A stretch of DNA of 64,000 bases from an uncultured Planctomycetales bacterium (GCA_964428315.1 CAYRXT010000003.1:4151-68150); one strand, 5' to 3'. Shown: positions 1 to 12,877, numbered from the stretch's first letter. Program-made: numbers and translations. Notes: a model not told the origin generated them from the sequence alone.

Positions 1-647
1 TAGGAAACCATCTTAAGCATGGTCGGCATATAACTCTGTTCAAAAATCCAGAGTCCATCGTCATCGAGAATGTCACCCACCTCACTCATAAAGGACATCG
101 GCGCCTCCAGGTCATAAAACATGGCGATAGATGTCACGATCTTGGCCTTTTTTTGACCGAAATGTTTTTGGAACGTCTTTTCCGAAAAGAAATCGGAGAT
201 AAGCTCAATGTGCGGAGGATAATATTTTTTGAACTTTTTTCCGGCGGGGTCGATGCCGACCAACCGTCCCCCTTGCGGATAGGCCTTAAGAAGTGTGCCG
301 TCATTGCTGCCGATGTCGAGTATGATGTCCTGATCCGTAACGCTCACCTGGTCGCGGATCCTGTCCACGATTCCCTGCAGATGGCACACCATGGACTGAT
401 TAAGAGACGAGCGATAGCCGTAGTGATCGCCGTAAAGTTCCGAAGCCGGGTAAGAATGGCGAAGCTGCAAAAGTCCGCAGACCTCCTTGTGAGTCTCCCG
501 GCATTTCACAAGTTCAAGCGGACCGACGGTCAAAAGATAATCCTTTTTTCTTGGAAAAATCCCTGTCAGGGCGTGTTGGCCGAGGTCAATAACGGTATCC
601 AGCTGTGTATTGCCGCAAATCCGGCAACGGCTGATGGCTTTAATCAT
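1..647 (-). CDS. SAM-dependent sugar C-methyltransferase (TylCIII/NDP-hexose C-methyltransferase family), N-terminal part only; C-terminus runs off the window start
   Basis: Hand translation of the minus strand from ATG at 645-647 gives MIKAISRCRICGNTQLDTVIDLGQ...DIGSNDGTLLKAYP...: the N-terminal Cys-x2-Cys zinc-ribbon plus class I methyltransferase core typical of sugar C-methyltransferases. No stop codon before position 1. Paralogous to 28456..29709. Confidence 0.6.
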   Translation of the reverse strand, partial: MIKAISRCRICGNTQLDTVIDLGQHALTGIFPRKKDYLLTVGPLELVKCRETHKEVCGLLQLRHSYPASELYGDHYGYRSSLNQSMVCHLQGIVDRIRDQVSVTDQDIILDIGSNDGTLLKAYPQGGRLVGIDPAGKKFKKYYPPHIELISDFFSEKTFQKHFGQKKAKIVTSIAMFYDLEAPMSFMSEVGDILDDDGLWIFEQSYMPTMLKMVS

Positions 648-653
648 GAAGAT

Positions 654-2402
654 TCAGTTGTCCCTTCGTTCATAAATCGTCAGAGAACCAAGCCTCTTGA
701 CGGGATCATAGTGTTTGAGAATATATTCAGTGACTTCTTTGAATTTCACAATATTCCTCGGAAATTTGAAATACAATTGCGACGGAAATGTCCGGTGCCC
801 CAAATTGGTCATGACGGCAAACCTTGTCCGTTTCATCTTAATATCGTTGAGATACTCCCTATGCCATGCATCGTCCGCCCAAGATAGGGTCGCGATGGGA
901 AAACGGCTAACAAACGGCCTGTCAAAGAAAAAGTTAAGCGCCCCCAGTTCAGGGTAAGTCAATACTGCTTCATCCGGCGAAGTCTTGGAACGGATAAACC
1001 GGACGGTCTCTTCGATATCTTCAGCCTGCCATGCGGGGACGACCATGCCTTTGGCTCGCTCGATGTTTAATTCTTTGGTGTCTTGTCCGTGTAAAATGCT
1101 GTAGTCACCTGACGGCCTCGACTCCACCCAGTCAAGAAATCTTTTATATACGACAAAATGCCGGCTGAAACGCGTCAATGAATATCCCATAGACGACATA
1201 AACAAGGCGAAAATCAAAAAGGAAATCACGCCCAAAGCCATACGTCGCTTGACCGCCGTCCATATTATCCTCCGTTGCCGATACCAGGCGATGGTTTCGC
1301 AATATAGTATTTCAATCAAATAGAAATATATCAGTTTTTCCGGCTGCAAGGCCATTTCGAAATGGTGACCCCATATCGCGCGAAACGAAGCGGAATACAA
1401 AATCAGGGCGTAGGTTCCTAATGCGGTCAGCAGGGCCAATTCAAGACCGTGCTCTCTTCGCTGTCTGAACCTAACAACCATGTATCCGACAAATGCAGTA
1501 AAGAGAAAAACTGGCGTAAGGACCTTAAAATACGGACTGCCGGGCCATAAGGAGATGAGAAAATGCCCGAAGCTCGCAGGAATATGAGTTCCCATGTCCA
1601 GATACGTCGTCATCATCCGCAAGGGAAAAAGGATGGTAGCCTCCAGCATAGGCATCAAGGCTTTGTGTACACCCAAATAAACCAAAAACGGAAGCGTGAC
1701 CAGCGCCACACCGGCAAAAAACCATTTTTCCGCCGCCTTAAATTCTTTTACATCAATCACGTGGCCAATACGGGCGACAATTAGAGCGGCGCCCACCGAG
1801 ACCGCAGCGGAGAAACCGGATTCGATCGTCGTGAAAAAACCGGCGGCCGAGGCGACCCCGGAGGCCAATAGCCATGCGCATTTCCGGGTTTTCAGAAATT
1901 TTATTACACAATACACACCCGCTATCCCAAGTGCGTACCGCATGCCACCCCAGTAATAAAACGAAATCCTGGGGAAGGTCCTGGCCAAGACGACGAAAGA
2001 CATGAGAATGTACACAAACCGCGTACGCAACAACTCCCGACCGAGAAGAATAAATAGAATAATATTCATCATTGTCCCGGCGTAAAAAAAGACCGGCAGC
2101 CAGATCATATTGGTTCCCAAAGCCCTCATCATAAGGGCCGGGGCATAAATCTCAAACGGTCCACGGTAAAAGATAAAATCTTTTTGCGGGATCTGGCCGT
2201 CCAGGATTGCGTCAATGCCGGGAAGATATAGTCCCTGGTCAAGGTAAATGATCTCGTGATGAAAAAGGTAAATAGGAAAGGATATCACAAGAATAATCAA
2301 AACAAGGCAAAGCGTGTCAGCGAGGCGTGGTTCCCGGTTCAACCACGCACCAATCGACTGAGTCAGCTTCTTGGTCTCTTCTCTAAAAGCCATTAAATTC
2401 AT
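654..2402 (-). CDS. polytopic membrane protein, probable GT-C-fold glycosyltransferase (PMT/ArnT-like)
   Basis: 582 aa, roughly 12 hydrophobic helices and a C-terminal soluble domain. Sits immediately downstream of a GT2 polyprenyl-P-sugar synthase-like gene. Start moved to the ATG at 2400-2402 (MNLMAF, preceded by AGGT); the ORF-track start at 2507 would overlap the upstream gene. Confidence 0.4.
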   Translation of the reverse strand: MNLMAFREETKKLTQSIGAWLNREPRLADTLCLVLIILVISFPIYLFHHEIIYLDQGLYLPGIDAILDGQIPQKDFIFYRGPFEIYAPALMMRALGTNMIWLPVFFYAGTMMNIILFILLGRELLRTRFVYILMSFVVLARTFPRISFYYWGGMRYALGIAGVYCVIKFLKTRKCAWLLASGVASAAGFFTTIESGFSAAVSVGAALIVARIGHVIDVKEFKAAEKWFFAGVALVTLPFLVYLGVHKALMPMLEATILFPLRMMTTYLDMGTHIPASFGHFLISLWPGSPYFKVLTPVFLFTAFVGYMVVRFRQRREHGLELALLTALGTYALILYSASFRAIWGHHFEMALQPEKLIYFYLIEILYCETIAWYRQRRIIWTAVKRRMALGVISFLIFALFMSSMGYSLTRFSRHFVVYKRFLDWVESRPSGDYSILHGQDTKELNIERAKGMVVPAWQAEDIEETVRFIRSKTSPDEAVLTYPELGALNFFFDRPFVSRFPIATLSWADDAWHREYLNDIKMKRTRFAVMTNLGHRTFPSQLYFKFPRNIVKFKEVTEYILKHYDPVKRLGSLTIYERRDN

Positions 2403-2439
2403 GATTACCTGATTCTCATCACCAGCGTCAAACAGATGT

Positions 2440-3198
2440 CTACAATTTTCGGCCTCTGATTCCGTCAAACATGAAATGCCGCGCCAAATTCCGTTTTTCC
2501 AACACATACATCACCCCGCACCAGAGGACGCCGAACCCGTAACGGACGCTGCGGCGGAAATTAATCGAAGAGGAATCCTCATTGTAGGCGCACGGGGAGG
2601 TGATCTCCCCGATCCGGTAACCGCAGAACGCGGCCTGGACAAGGATCTGGTTGTCGAACACGAAATCGTCGGAGTTCTCTCCCAGCGGCAGGGTCTCGAG
2701 CACCTCCCTGGAAAAGGCCCGGTAACCGGTGTGGTATTCGGAGAGCTTCTGCCCGGTGAGCACATTTTCCACGGCCGTCAGCAGGCGGTTGGCGAGGTAT
2801 TTATAGAAGGGCATGCCTCCTTTGAGGGCGTAGCCGCCGAGGATGCGCGATCCCAGGACGACGTCGAAGAGCCCCGACGCGATCAGCGCCGCCATCGGGG
2901 ATACCAGTTGCGGAGGGTACTGGTAGTCGGGGTGCAGCATGACCACGATATCCGCTCCCCGGCGCAGGGCCTCGCGGTAACAGGTCTTCTGGTTGCCGCC
3001 GTACCCCAGATTCTTTTCGTGCACGATAAGGGACAGGTCAAGACGTCGGGCGACCTGCACGGTATGGTCCCGTGAATGGTCGTCCACGACGATGATCTCA
3101 TCGACGACTTCGCGCGGTATGCCCTGGACCGTCTTTTCGATCGTCTTCTCGGCGTTATACGCCGGCAGGACAACGATGATTTTTTTGTTGTTCAGCAT
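2440..3198 (-). CDS. GT2 family glycosyltransferase (dolichyl/undecaprenyl-phosphate sugar synthase-like)
   Basis: MLNNKKIIVVLPAYNAEKTIE...VVDDHSRDHT... is the DxD-type GT-A N-terminus; overall GtrB/DPM1-like. Confidence 0.75.
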   Translation of the reverse strand: MLNNKKIIVVLPAYNAEKTIEKTVQGIPREVVDEIIVVDDHSRDHTVQVARRLDLSLIVHEKNLGYGGNQKTCYREALRRGADIVVMLHPDYQYPPQLVSPMAALIASGLFDVVLGSRILGGYALKGGMPFYKYLANRLLTAVENVLTGQKLSEYHTGYRAFSREVLETLPLGENSDDFVFDNQILVQAAFCGYRIGEITSPCAYNEDSSSINFRRSVRYGFGVLWCGVMYVLEKRNLARHFMFDGIRGRKL

Positions 3199-3311
3199 GG
3201 CCTGCGCGTGATTCGTGATCCGGGTTTCCTGTCTGCCAGCAGGCAGGCGTGATTCGTCAAATGAATCTTTCGCGAATCACGCATCACGAACGACGAATCA
3301 CCTTTTCTTCC

Positions 3312-4340
3312 CTAAGTTTTCTTCTCCCCCCAAAATCCCCCGACGTATCGCCGGTCCATCTTGTCCTTGAGAGGACGCCACCAGTCTTCATGATCCCGGT
3401 ACCAGGCGATGGTCTCCTTCATCCCCTCTTCCATGGTGCAATCCGGTTTCCAGCCGAGCGCCCTCAATTTGGAACAGTCCAGGCTGTAGCGGAAATCATG
3501 TCCGGGACGGTCCATGACATATTTGATGGATGATTCGTCCTTTCCCGTCAGCCGAAGGATAAGCCTAGTCAGGTCCAGGTTCGAACACTCACCCGTGCCG
3601 CCGATATTATAGGTTTCCCCGTCTTCGCCGTTTTCTACGACCCGGTCTATCCCCCGGCAATGGTCTTCGACGTGCAGCCAGTCGCGCACCTGCTTCCCTT
3701 CCCCGTAAAGGGGCACCTTTTTTCCCTCCAGCAAGTTAGTGATGAAAAGAGGGATGACCTTCTCCGGGTAACAGCGCGGGCCGAAATTATTGGAGGCCCG
3801 CGTCACGATCACGGGCAGTTTATAGGTCGCGTAAAAACTGTGGGCCAGCCGGTCGCCGCCCAGTTTGGCCGCAGCGTAGGGGTTGCGCGGTTTCGTCTCA
3901 TCGGTCTCCCGGAAACTCCCTTCCCTGATCTCGCCGTACACTTCATCGGTGGAGACCTGGACGAATTTGTGCAGGCCTTTCTGCTTCCTGGCCTCCTCCA
4001 GCAGGACATAGACTCCCACCACGTCGGTGTAGAGGAACTCCTCACCCCGGTCGATCGAGCGGTCCACGGCGGACTCGGCGGCAAAGTTGACGACGACCTG
4101 CGCGTCCTGCATGGCCCCGCGCACCGTCTCTTTGTCGCAGATATCGCCGCGGATGAATTCAAAATCATCACGGCCTTCAAAGGCCTTCACATTTTCCGGA
4201 TTGCCGGCGTAGGTCAGCTTGTCCAGGACACGGACACGTATGTCTTTCTTGTTCCGGAAAAGATAACGCACAAAATTGCTGCCGATAAAACCGGCCGCGC
4301 CGGTGATAAGATATGTCACCCTACCGGGTCTGCTTTTCAT
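3312..4340 (-). CDS. rmlB: dTDP-glucose 4,6-dehydratase
   Basis: ITGAAGFIGSNFVRY..., STDEVYG, YAAAKLGGD and the characteristic C-terminus (DHEDWWRPL). Confidence 0.9.
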   Translation of the reverse strand: MKSRPGRVTYLITGAAGFIGSNFVRYLFRNKKDIRVRVLDKLTYAGNPENVKAFEGRDDFEFIRGDICDKETVRGAMQDAQVVVNFAAESAVDRSIDRGEEFLYTDVVGVYVLLEEARKQKGLHKFVQVSTDEVYGEIREGSFRETDETKPRNPYAAAKLGGDRLAHSFYATYKLPVIVTRASNNFGPRCYPEKVIPLFITNLLEGKKVPLYGEGKQVRDWLHVEDHCRGIDRVVENGEDGETYNIGGTGECSNLDLTRLILRLTGKDESSIKYVMDRPGHDFRYSLDCSKLRALGWKPDCTMEEGMKETIAWYRDHEDWWRPLKDKMDRRYVGGFWGEKKT

Positions 4341-6387
4341 GGGGATCCCCTTTCACGGCCGGGCCCTTTGTCGGGACCAAAAGCCTTATAATGACCATGG
4401 CCAGCCCAAGGTTCAGCCAAAGGTAATTGCCGAGTTTGACGGAATAGAAGCTGGTCTCGAAGGCCGCGTGGACAAGAAACCCGAACAGGCCGCTCACCAG
4501 GCCGTACGCCACGAAGGTCAACGGCCCATGTGCCGCTTTTTTGAGTTGCCGTCTGGAAAAAACAAAGAACCGCCAGAAAATCCACAGGAAGGCGAACAAT
4601 CCAGGGATACCGGTCTCCGCCCCCATCTGCAAATAGCAGTTGTGAGGGTATCCCCCCCAGGAAATCTTATAGTTCCGGCCCACCTGGGAATAGGTGTTCA
4701 CGCCTGTTCCAAGGAATAAGTGGTCTGCCATAATGGCTATGGCCTCATGCCAATAATTAAACCTTCCCGAGGCCCTGAATTTCTTGATATCCTTTATTTT
4801 CTCTTTGGTTATCACCCTGAGTTTTTCCATCTCCCGGTTCACCGCCAGTTCGACAGGACTCTTTTCCATTTCCCTCCTTGAATCTTCGGCTTCATCCATT
4901 GCCACGATCCCGGATGATGTTTCCGGCAAGTGTTCCGGCGTTATAGGGGGCAACTCAAATCTCCCCTCTCTCATCCCTTCTGTTTCGGACTGAGTATTGG
5001 CAGCGAGTTCAGGGCCAAATTTCGGCCGGGATGCATGCCGTGCCAAGGCCCCGGCATCCAGGACAAAATCGTCCCGCTGCCATTGAGAGCCCAAGAGCGT
5101 CCAGAGACAGACATATATCTTGTCCGCAGTCACAGGCACATCTTTGACAACATGGGACCCGCCGGGCCCCGCCTTGCCGCTGTATATGTCGCCCCAGGGA
5201 TCGGACCGGAAATATTTTTTGTCCGAAGCCAGGCTGAGCCAGTATTTTTCTGCCTGTGCGTTCTCCTTCCAGGAAAACCTTAAATCCTGTCCGCCCTCCG
5301 AATAACTGATCAACTTCACTCTGAGGGCCGGGTCATAAACGTCTTTCCCGGGTTCCTTCACGGCCTCATATTCCGGATTCTCCGGACCTTTTGTTTCTTC
5401 AACATCCCCGTTGCCCTCGATTTTCACCGCCCTTTCTCTCCTTTCCCGGTCGGCGGATTCAATCTTATCAATCTTTTTTTGAATGGCGCGCGCGACACGC
5501 CTGGTGTCATCGGTAAAATAGGACACATTGCGCAGATTTTTCATTTGCTGGGTAAACACCAGTCCGAACATGACTATAATCAACAAACTCATGCCGGCAT
5601 ACCTGCGATTCGAAAACAGATAACAAATCAATCCGGCAAACAATCCGAAATAGACGGCCCGGGAATACGTCCATCCGATATTCATTATGATCAGGACGGC
5701 GAGTATCAGGAACAGGATAAACCCGATGGCCCTCCTGCGTATTGTCAGTGTCTTATGCCCGGGGTCGGCAAGACCGAACAATAAGCTCAGGACCATCATA
5801 ACAGGCACAAGGAGGTAGGCGCCGAAATCGTTGGGGTGGCGGAAACACGAACCGATGCGCCCTCCCGCAATAATCTTGTGCGCGAAAATAAAACCCTCAC
5901 CGGTATGGAACTGCCAGAGACCGTTGATCGAAACCAGGGTGACGGCGGCCAGGAAGACACCCAGCAGAAATCGCACCTGCCGACTGGTCTTCACGCATTC
6001 CAGGATAATAAAATACAGAAACGTCCATTCAAGGATCTTATAGAAGAATCCCTTCAGGCTTAAAGCGAGATAATCGCTGACCAGTATGGATAACGCATTA
6101 ACGGCAATAAAGACGACAATCGGTCCGTCCAGGACGCTGGGCTCCGGACGGAAAGAGGAAAGGAACAAACGCACGACCGAATAAGCCTTATTGAAAAGAC
6201 CGCCCCGCCCGCGTCTTTCATGATTCATGCGGAATACGAACAGGTGCAGGCGTTTGATCCAGAAGAAAAATATGACGGCGCCGGCAAAACTTTCACACAA
6301 CGCGATCGAAATGGGCAAAAAATAGATCAATCCCACGTATGAAAAAAACAGGATTCTGTTATAAAACCGATACGGAAAATTATTCAT
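4321..6387 (-). CDS. O-antigen ligase/Wzy_C family membrane protein with a ~300-aa hydrophilic insertion
   Basis: N-terminal TM bundle, then a charged soluble segment (RERRERAVKIEGNGDVEETKG... plus a folded-looking segment YEAVKEPGKDVYDPALRVKLISYSEGG...). The C-terminus carries the Wzy_C signature ...GGYPHNCYLQMGAETGIPG. Confidence 0.6.
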   Translation of the reverse strand: MNNFPYRFYNRILFFSYVGLIYFLPISIALCESFAGAVIFFFWIKRLHLFVFRMNHERRGRGGLFNKAYSVVRLFLSSFRPEPSVLDGPIVVFIAVNALSILVSDYLALSLKGFFYKILEWTFLYFIILECVKTSRQVRFLLGVFLAAVTLVSINGLWQFHTGEGFIFAHKIIAGGRIGSCFRHPNDFGAYLLVPVMMVLSLLFGLADPGHKTLTIRRRAIGFILFLILAVLIIMNIGWTYSRAVYFGLFAGLICYLFSNRRYAGMSLLIIVMFGLVFTQQMKNLRNVSYFTDDTRRVARAIQKKIDKIESADRERRERAVKIEGNGDVEETKGPENPEYEAVKEPGKDVYDPALRVKLISYSEGGQDLRFSWKENAQAEKYWLSLASDKKYFRSDPWGDIYSGKAGPGGSHVVKDVPVTADKIYVCLWTLLGSQWQRDDFVLDAGALARHASRPKFGPELAANTQSETEGMREGRFELPPITPEHLPETSSGIVAMDEAEDSRREMEKSPVELAVNREMEKLRVITKEKIKDIKKFRASGRFNYWHEAIAIMADHLFLGTGVNTYSQVGRNYKISWGGYPHNCYLQMGAETGIPGLFAFLWIFWRFFVFSRRQLKKAAHGPLTFVAYGLVSGLFGFLVHAAFETSFYSVKLGNYLWLNLGLAMVIIRLLVPTKGPAVKGDPHEKQTR

Positions 6388-6529
6388 AATATCATCGCTG
6401 TCTGAATTGCTCGCGAGTGACCACAGGGAGCGGCGAAGCCCCCTGCGGGGAAGCGATCTTATACTCGACAGTCAGGATTGCTTCAGCCGCTGTGCCCCTT
6501 CGCAATTATACTTTTGCCCTTCCCGCTAT

Positions 6530-8519
<1,990 letters not shown>

Positions 8520-8523
<4 letters not shown>

Positions 8524-9845
8524 TCCTTAAATATGTTCACAGTTCTATCATAAAACTTGCCGCCGTTCAACAGGTTATACGCTGAAAGGTACAGCCCGAT
8601 CCCGGTCCAGGTGAGAACCGATAACTGCAGTGTGTACAAATCGACGTCAAAAAAACTGTGGACCAATATCGAGACCGTACCGCTCCCCAAACCCAGGGCG
8701 AGGATCCGCAACGCGTTGTCCGCCGGCAGCAGTTTGGCCCGCGCCAGCCTCATCATTGTCTTGAAAAAAGAAAGGACGATCCAGACAAAGCCCAAGAGTC
8801 CCAAAAGACCGGTCTCGGCCGCCATCTGGATATAGCAGTTATGCGCGTAGGTTTCGGAAAACAACCTGTTCTGCGGCCGGCGACGGTAGTCCTGAAACAA
8901 ACGCATGTACGTGTTCAGACCGTGACCAAAAAAGGGCCTCTCGCGGATCATGGCCAGGCTGTCTTCCCAAATGTTCAGGCGCCAGAGAAGATGAGAGTGC
9001 AGTTCCCGGCCGCTTAGCCTTTCTTTGACTTTCGGGTTACCGCCGAGCATACTCCCCAGACAGCCCGCCACGATGACGGCCCCGAACAGGACCCCCGCCC
9101 ACTTTTTACTGCTGAGAACGACGAAAACCGCCATACCCGCCGCCGCGGACAACCATCCGGCCCGGGAGAAGGTCAGGCCCAAAAGCCAGCCCGCGCCCGC
9201 GGCCAAAACACAAAGCAAGAAACGTTTACCTTTTTGAGTTCCGCTCATAGCGAAAACGGCCGCAGACATCGGCAACATCATCGCCAGATAGGCCGCGAGA
9301 CTGTTGGCGTGATGGAATCCCGCTGTCGCTCCGCCCCGCGTGATCTCCCGTCCCAAAAAGATATCTGTTCCGGTCCAGTAATACTGGACAAAACCGTCGA
9401 GTACCACAGCGGTCGTGGTAACGAGAAAAACGATAACGGCCCGCCGGATGTGCTCCGCTTTGGAAAAGGCTTCAATGACAAGAAAATACACTACGAACCA
9501 TTCCAGGGTTTTTGTAAAAAAGCCTCTTAACGACAAAGGCCAGATCCGGCTGGCCGGAATGGACAAGACGCACGCCAGCAGAAAGAAGGCAATCGGTTTG
9601 TTCAAAGGGCTCCGGACCGGTTTAAGGGCAGAGAACAGGCCCCTGATTTGTTCAGTCCATCCATTCTTCCTGAAGATGCCCGGCCCGTACGCCAGCCCTC
9701 TTTTGACCAGCCACAACAACAAGGCGATGATGACACAGGACTCCACGACCGCCGTGCTGTAGGGGAGCCAAAAAATCAGCAGATAAATGAAAAACCGGAT
9801 CCCTGATTCGATATAACCGATTATTCTTTCTTTATTCATAATCAC
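8520..9845 (-). CDS. O-antigen ligase/Wzy_C family membrane protein
   Basis: Polytopic; ...[22 protein letters not shown]... is the Wzy_C motif. Confidence 0.6.
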
Positions 9846-9848
9846 CTG

Positions 9849-9966
9849 GGTCCCCGCTTAAGGCATGCCTCGAAGGGGTCTAATCAACGGGGATGACAGG
9901 TTCCTTTAACCGTGTTATGCCCGCCGAGTTGCCCCCCTTGGGGGCGTAAGCGGGCTTCCCGCATCA
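9849..9966. repeat. structured intergenic repeat element, copy A (~118 nt)
   Basis: Shares with 15090..15201 a 12-nt left arm (cccgcttaaggc), a ~33-nt conserved core (gatgaNag..cctttaacNgtgtYatgcccgccgag) and a right arm (ggggcgNaagcgggc). The right arm is the near reverse complement of the left arm, giving a closing stem. Confidence 0.6.
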
Positions 9967-11388
9967 ATACGCCCCTTTGCCTTTAATAACAACCGGCACC
10001 GTCTGCAAAAGGATATAAAGGTCCAGGAAAAAAGACCAGTTGTTGATATACCAGATATCCCATCGGATCAGCCGGAAAAAAGAGACGTCGCTGCGGCCGC
10101 GTATCTGCCAGAGACCGGTGATGCCTGGCCTGACCTCCAGCCTTTTGAACTGCCGCAGGTCGTGCTTCTCGATCTGCTCAATCGGCAGTGGCCGCGGCCC
10201 CACCAGGCTCATCTCTCCGTGCAGGACGTTGATCAGTTGCGGCAGTTCGTCAAGGCTGTATCTCCGCAAAAAGGACCCGATGCGCGTGACCCGAGGATCT
10301 TTTTTCATCTTGAAAATCGGACCGTCCGTCTCGTTGAGATTACGCAGGTCCTTCAGCCTTTTGTCCGCCTCGTCAACCATGCTCCTGAATTTCAGCATAG
10401 AGAAGATCCGGCCCCTACGGGAGTAACGCCGAGACTTGTAAAAAACGGGTCCGGGGCTGTCAGCTTTGATTATAAGCGCAATGACAAGAAAGACCGGAAA
10501 GAGCACGATCAATGCGGCCAGGCTCATGACAAAATCAAAAAGCCTCTTGCCCAACTGTCTGCGAGTGTCGATGAGACCCGTATATTCCAAAACGGGGATG
10601 AATCCGATATTGAAACGGACGAGTTCCCCCTCGATATGTGAAAAACCCTCGGGTATGACGCGGACAGAAACACCCAGTTCCCTAGCCTGATCCAGAAGAC
10701 TCAAAAACGCCTTGCTGTCATGATGGATCGTAATGAAAACCTGGTGGATAAATTCCCTTCTGGCGACCGGCACGAAATCCGTGATCCGGCCCAGTATTTT
10801 CGGCGAATCCTCCGACTTCATTTCGGTTTTAAAATCATCCAGAAAGCCGGCCACGCGCAGTCCCAGGCTCGGCTGTTTCTTGATTTCCCAGGCCAGGGCG
10901 CTCCCGATCTTTCCCGCGCCGATCACCAGCACGTTAAAGTTGTTGTATCCGTGTGCCACGATATAATCGACAACCATCCTTTTCGCCATCCGCCAGAGAG
11001 ACATGAAGACAAACATGAACCCCGAGGTGATCGCAACGATCGTTCTCGGAAAACCCTCGATCTTGAGGACGTAAATCGTCACGATCAGGATAAGGGTGGC
11101 GATGACAACACATTTCAGCACCAGTAATATTTCCACGCCTTTAAAAACCTCGCGCCGGGTCTGGTAAAGGCGGTTGGCGTTGGCGCAGGAAACCGCCGAC
11201 AGGATCCACAGGGCGAAAAGATAACGGAAGGGATTGTCCTGGCTGAAAAGGATCCCGTCCCATGTGACCGGAAAACCCAGCGTCCCCTGACGGATCCATG
11301 AGGCCAGGAATACGGCCAGATAGATGACGAAAAAGTCAACGGCGATATAAAAACTTTTGATGAGGTAGTGGTTGATGATTCTTGTCAT
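9964..11388 (-). CDS. polyprenyl-phosphate phosphoglycosyltransferase (WbaP/WcaJ-like initiating enzyme)
   Basis: N-terminal TM helices and a Rossmann-like middle (VLVIGAGKIG). The C-terminal bacterial sugar-transferase domain reads ...KMKKDPRVTRIGSFLRRYSLDELPQLINVLHGEMSLVGPRP... Start chosen at M16 (MTRIIN), 3 nt after the upstream gene's stop. Confidence 0.85.
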   Translation of the reverse strand: MTRIINHYLIKSFYIAVDFFVIYLAVFLASWIRQGTLGFPVTWDGILFSQDNPFRYLFALWILSAVSCANANRLYQTRREVFKGVEILLVLKCVVIATLILIVTIYVLKIEGFPRTIVAITSGFMFVFMSLWRMAKRMVVDYIVAHGYNNFNVLVIGAGKIGSALAWEIKKQPSLGLRVAGFLDDFKTEMKSEDSPKILGRITDFVPVARREFIHQVFITIHHDSKAFLSLLDQARELGVSVRVIPEGFSHIEGELVRFNIGFIPVLEYTGLIDTRRQLGKRLFDFVMSLAALIVLFPVFLVIALIIKADSPGPVFYKSRRYSRRGRIFSMLKFRSMVDEADKRLKDLRNLNETDGPIFKMKKDPRVTRIGSFLRRYSLDELPQLINVLHGEMSLVGPRPLPIEQIEKHDLRQFKRLEVRPGITGLWQIRGRSDVSFFRLIRWDIWYINNWSFFLDLYILLQTVPVVIKGKGAY

Positions 11389-12143
11389 GACCTGTGGAAC
11401 GCGGACCGCGCCGCGCTGCGTGCCAGAAGGCACAAAAATTTCGTATTGCCGACGATATAACGTTTGCCCAGCCGCCGGGGTTCAGACATCAGCCGGAACA
11501 ACCATTCTAAACCGCTTCTTTGCATCCAGCAAGGGGCCTGCCTCTTTTCTCCGGAAAGGAAATCGAAGGCCGCCCCCACCCCGATCATCACCGGCGCCTC
11601 CAGGGCGGATCTGTTTTCGGCCATCCAGAAATCCTGCCTGGGCGAACCAAGTCCGACCCAGAGGATGTCAGGACTGGCCTTGTTAATGACGTCGACCATC
11701 CTGCGGTTTTGCTCCTCCGTGAACGCGCCGAACGGCGGGGCCAGGATTCCCGCGATCCCGATGCCCGGGAACTTCTTCTTGAGATTGTCCGCCAGCCGTC
11801 CGCACACTTCCGGCGTTGAACCGAAAAAGAAATGCGTAAACCTCCGCTTCAGTCCGTACCCGCACAACGCCAGAAGAAGATCGGGACCGTAAGTCCGGGC
11901 GATCATCCTTGACCCCCGGGCCTTCCCCAGCCAGACAAGCGGCATACCGTCGGGTGTGACGATCTCCGCATTGTTGACAACGCGGCGGTACCTTGGATCA
12001 TCCGCCGCCGCCACGATGGTAGAGACCGGGGCGACACACACATAGCCTTTGCGCCTTTGCGCGATCCACGCTTCAATATACCCGCATGTTTCCGAAAGAT
12101 TGGTGTCCGAGACCTCTACACCTAACACGTTAAAGCGGTTCAT
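11385..12143 (-). CDS. WecG/TagA/CpsF family glycosyltransferase (GT26)
   Basis: MNRFNVLGVEVSD... and ...VGLGSPRQDFWMAE... are typical GT26. The ORF-track N-terminal extension to 12380 overlaps the upstream GT2. The ATG at 12141-12143 overlaps that gene's stop (ATGA coupling). Confidence 0.8.
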   Translation of the reverse strand: MNRFNVLGVEVSDTNLSETCGYIEAWIAQRRKGYVCVAPVSTIVAAADDPRYRRVVNNAEIVTPDGMPLVWLGKARGSRMIARTYGPDLLLALCGYGLKRRFTHFFFGSTPEVCGRLADNLKKKFPGIGIAGILAPPFGAFTEEQNRRMVDVINKASPDILWVGLGSPRQDFWMAENRSALEAPVMIGVGAAFDFLSGEKRQAPCWMQRSGLEWLFRLMSEPRRLGKRYIVGNTKFLCLLARSAARSAFHRS

Positions 12144-12877
12144 TGTCCCGCCGTTTCTTCCGCCTTCACGGAATCGTTCACGATCCAGTACTTCAAGATA
12201 ACGCATATCGCCTGGAATCCGTCCCTCCAGGTTATCTTTTTGCCTTCGTCGTACGTCCGCCCGCTGTACGACACACCCACCTCGTAGATGCGGCACCTGC
12301 GCCGGGCGATCTTGGCCGTGACCTCCGGTTCGACGCCGAAACGGTTGGACCTTAAGGGGATGGCCTTGAGCAGATCGCAACGGAAGGCCTTGTATCCCGT
12401 CTCCATGTCCGTCAAATTAAGATTCGTAAAGACATTGCTCATCAGGGTCAACAGCTTGTTGCCGACATAGTGCCAGAAAAACAGGACCCTCTTCGACTGC
12501 GTTCCCACGAAACGCGAACCGTAAACGCAGTCCGCCCGCCCGTCGATTATGGGTTCGAGCATCAGCGGATAATCCTCCGGATCGTATTCCAGGTCGGCGT
12601 CCTGAATGATACAGATGTCGCCGGTCATGTTCTCGACAGCCGTGCGAAGGGCCGCGCCCTTCCCGGCATTCTGTTCATGGTAAAAGGCCCGGATGTCGGG
12701 ACGAAAGGACTTCTCCAATTCACGGATGATCTCCCCTGTCCCGTCGGACGAACAGTCATCAACGACGATGATCTCCTTTTCGCGCACACCGTCGATCTTC
12801 TGTCCCAGGACGCGCTGGACACAGTGCCGCAGCCATCTCTCCTCGTTATACGCCGGTATCAAAACGCTCAATTTCAT
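12140..12877 (-). CDS. GT2 family glycosyltransferase
   Basis: MKLSVLIPAYNEE...VVDDCSSDGT...IQDADLEYDP. Confidence 0.8.
   Translation of the reverse strand: MKLSVLIPAYNEERWLRHCVQRVLGQKIDGVREKEIIVVDDCSSDGTGEIIRELEKSFRPDIRAFYHEQNAGKGAALRTAVENMTGDICIIQDADLEYDPEDYPLMLEPIIDGRADCVYGSRFVGTQSKRVLFFWHYVGNKLLTLMSNVFTNLNLTDMETGYKAFRCDLLKAIPLRSNRFGVEPEVTAKIARRRCRIYEVGVSYSGRTYDEGKKITWRDGFQAICVILKYWIVNDSVKAEETAGQ

Noticed and set aside
153-887. 244-aa plus-strand ORF at the window start
   Set aside because: It lies antisense to two well-supported minus-strand genes (the C-methyltransferase fragment and the GT-C protein). The translation has no motif and a shadow-ORF composition.
11385-12380. ORF-track 331-aa version of the TagA-like gene
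   Set aside because: The N-terminal 79 residues overlap the upstream GT2 gene in another frame and lack homology. The conserved GT26 N-terminus starts at the ATG 12141-12143, coupled to the upstream stop.
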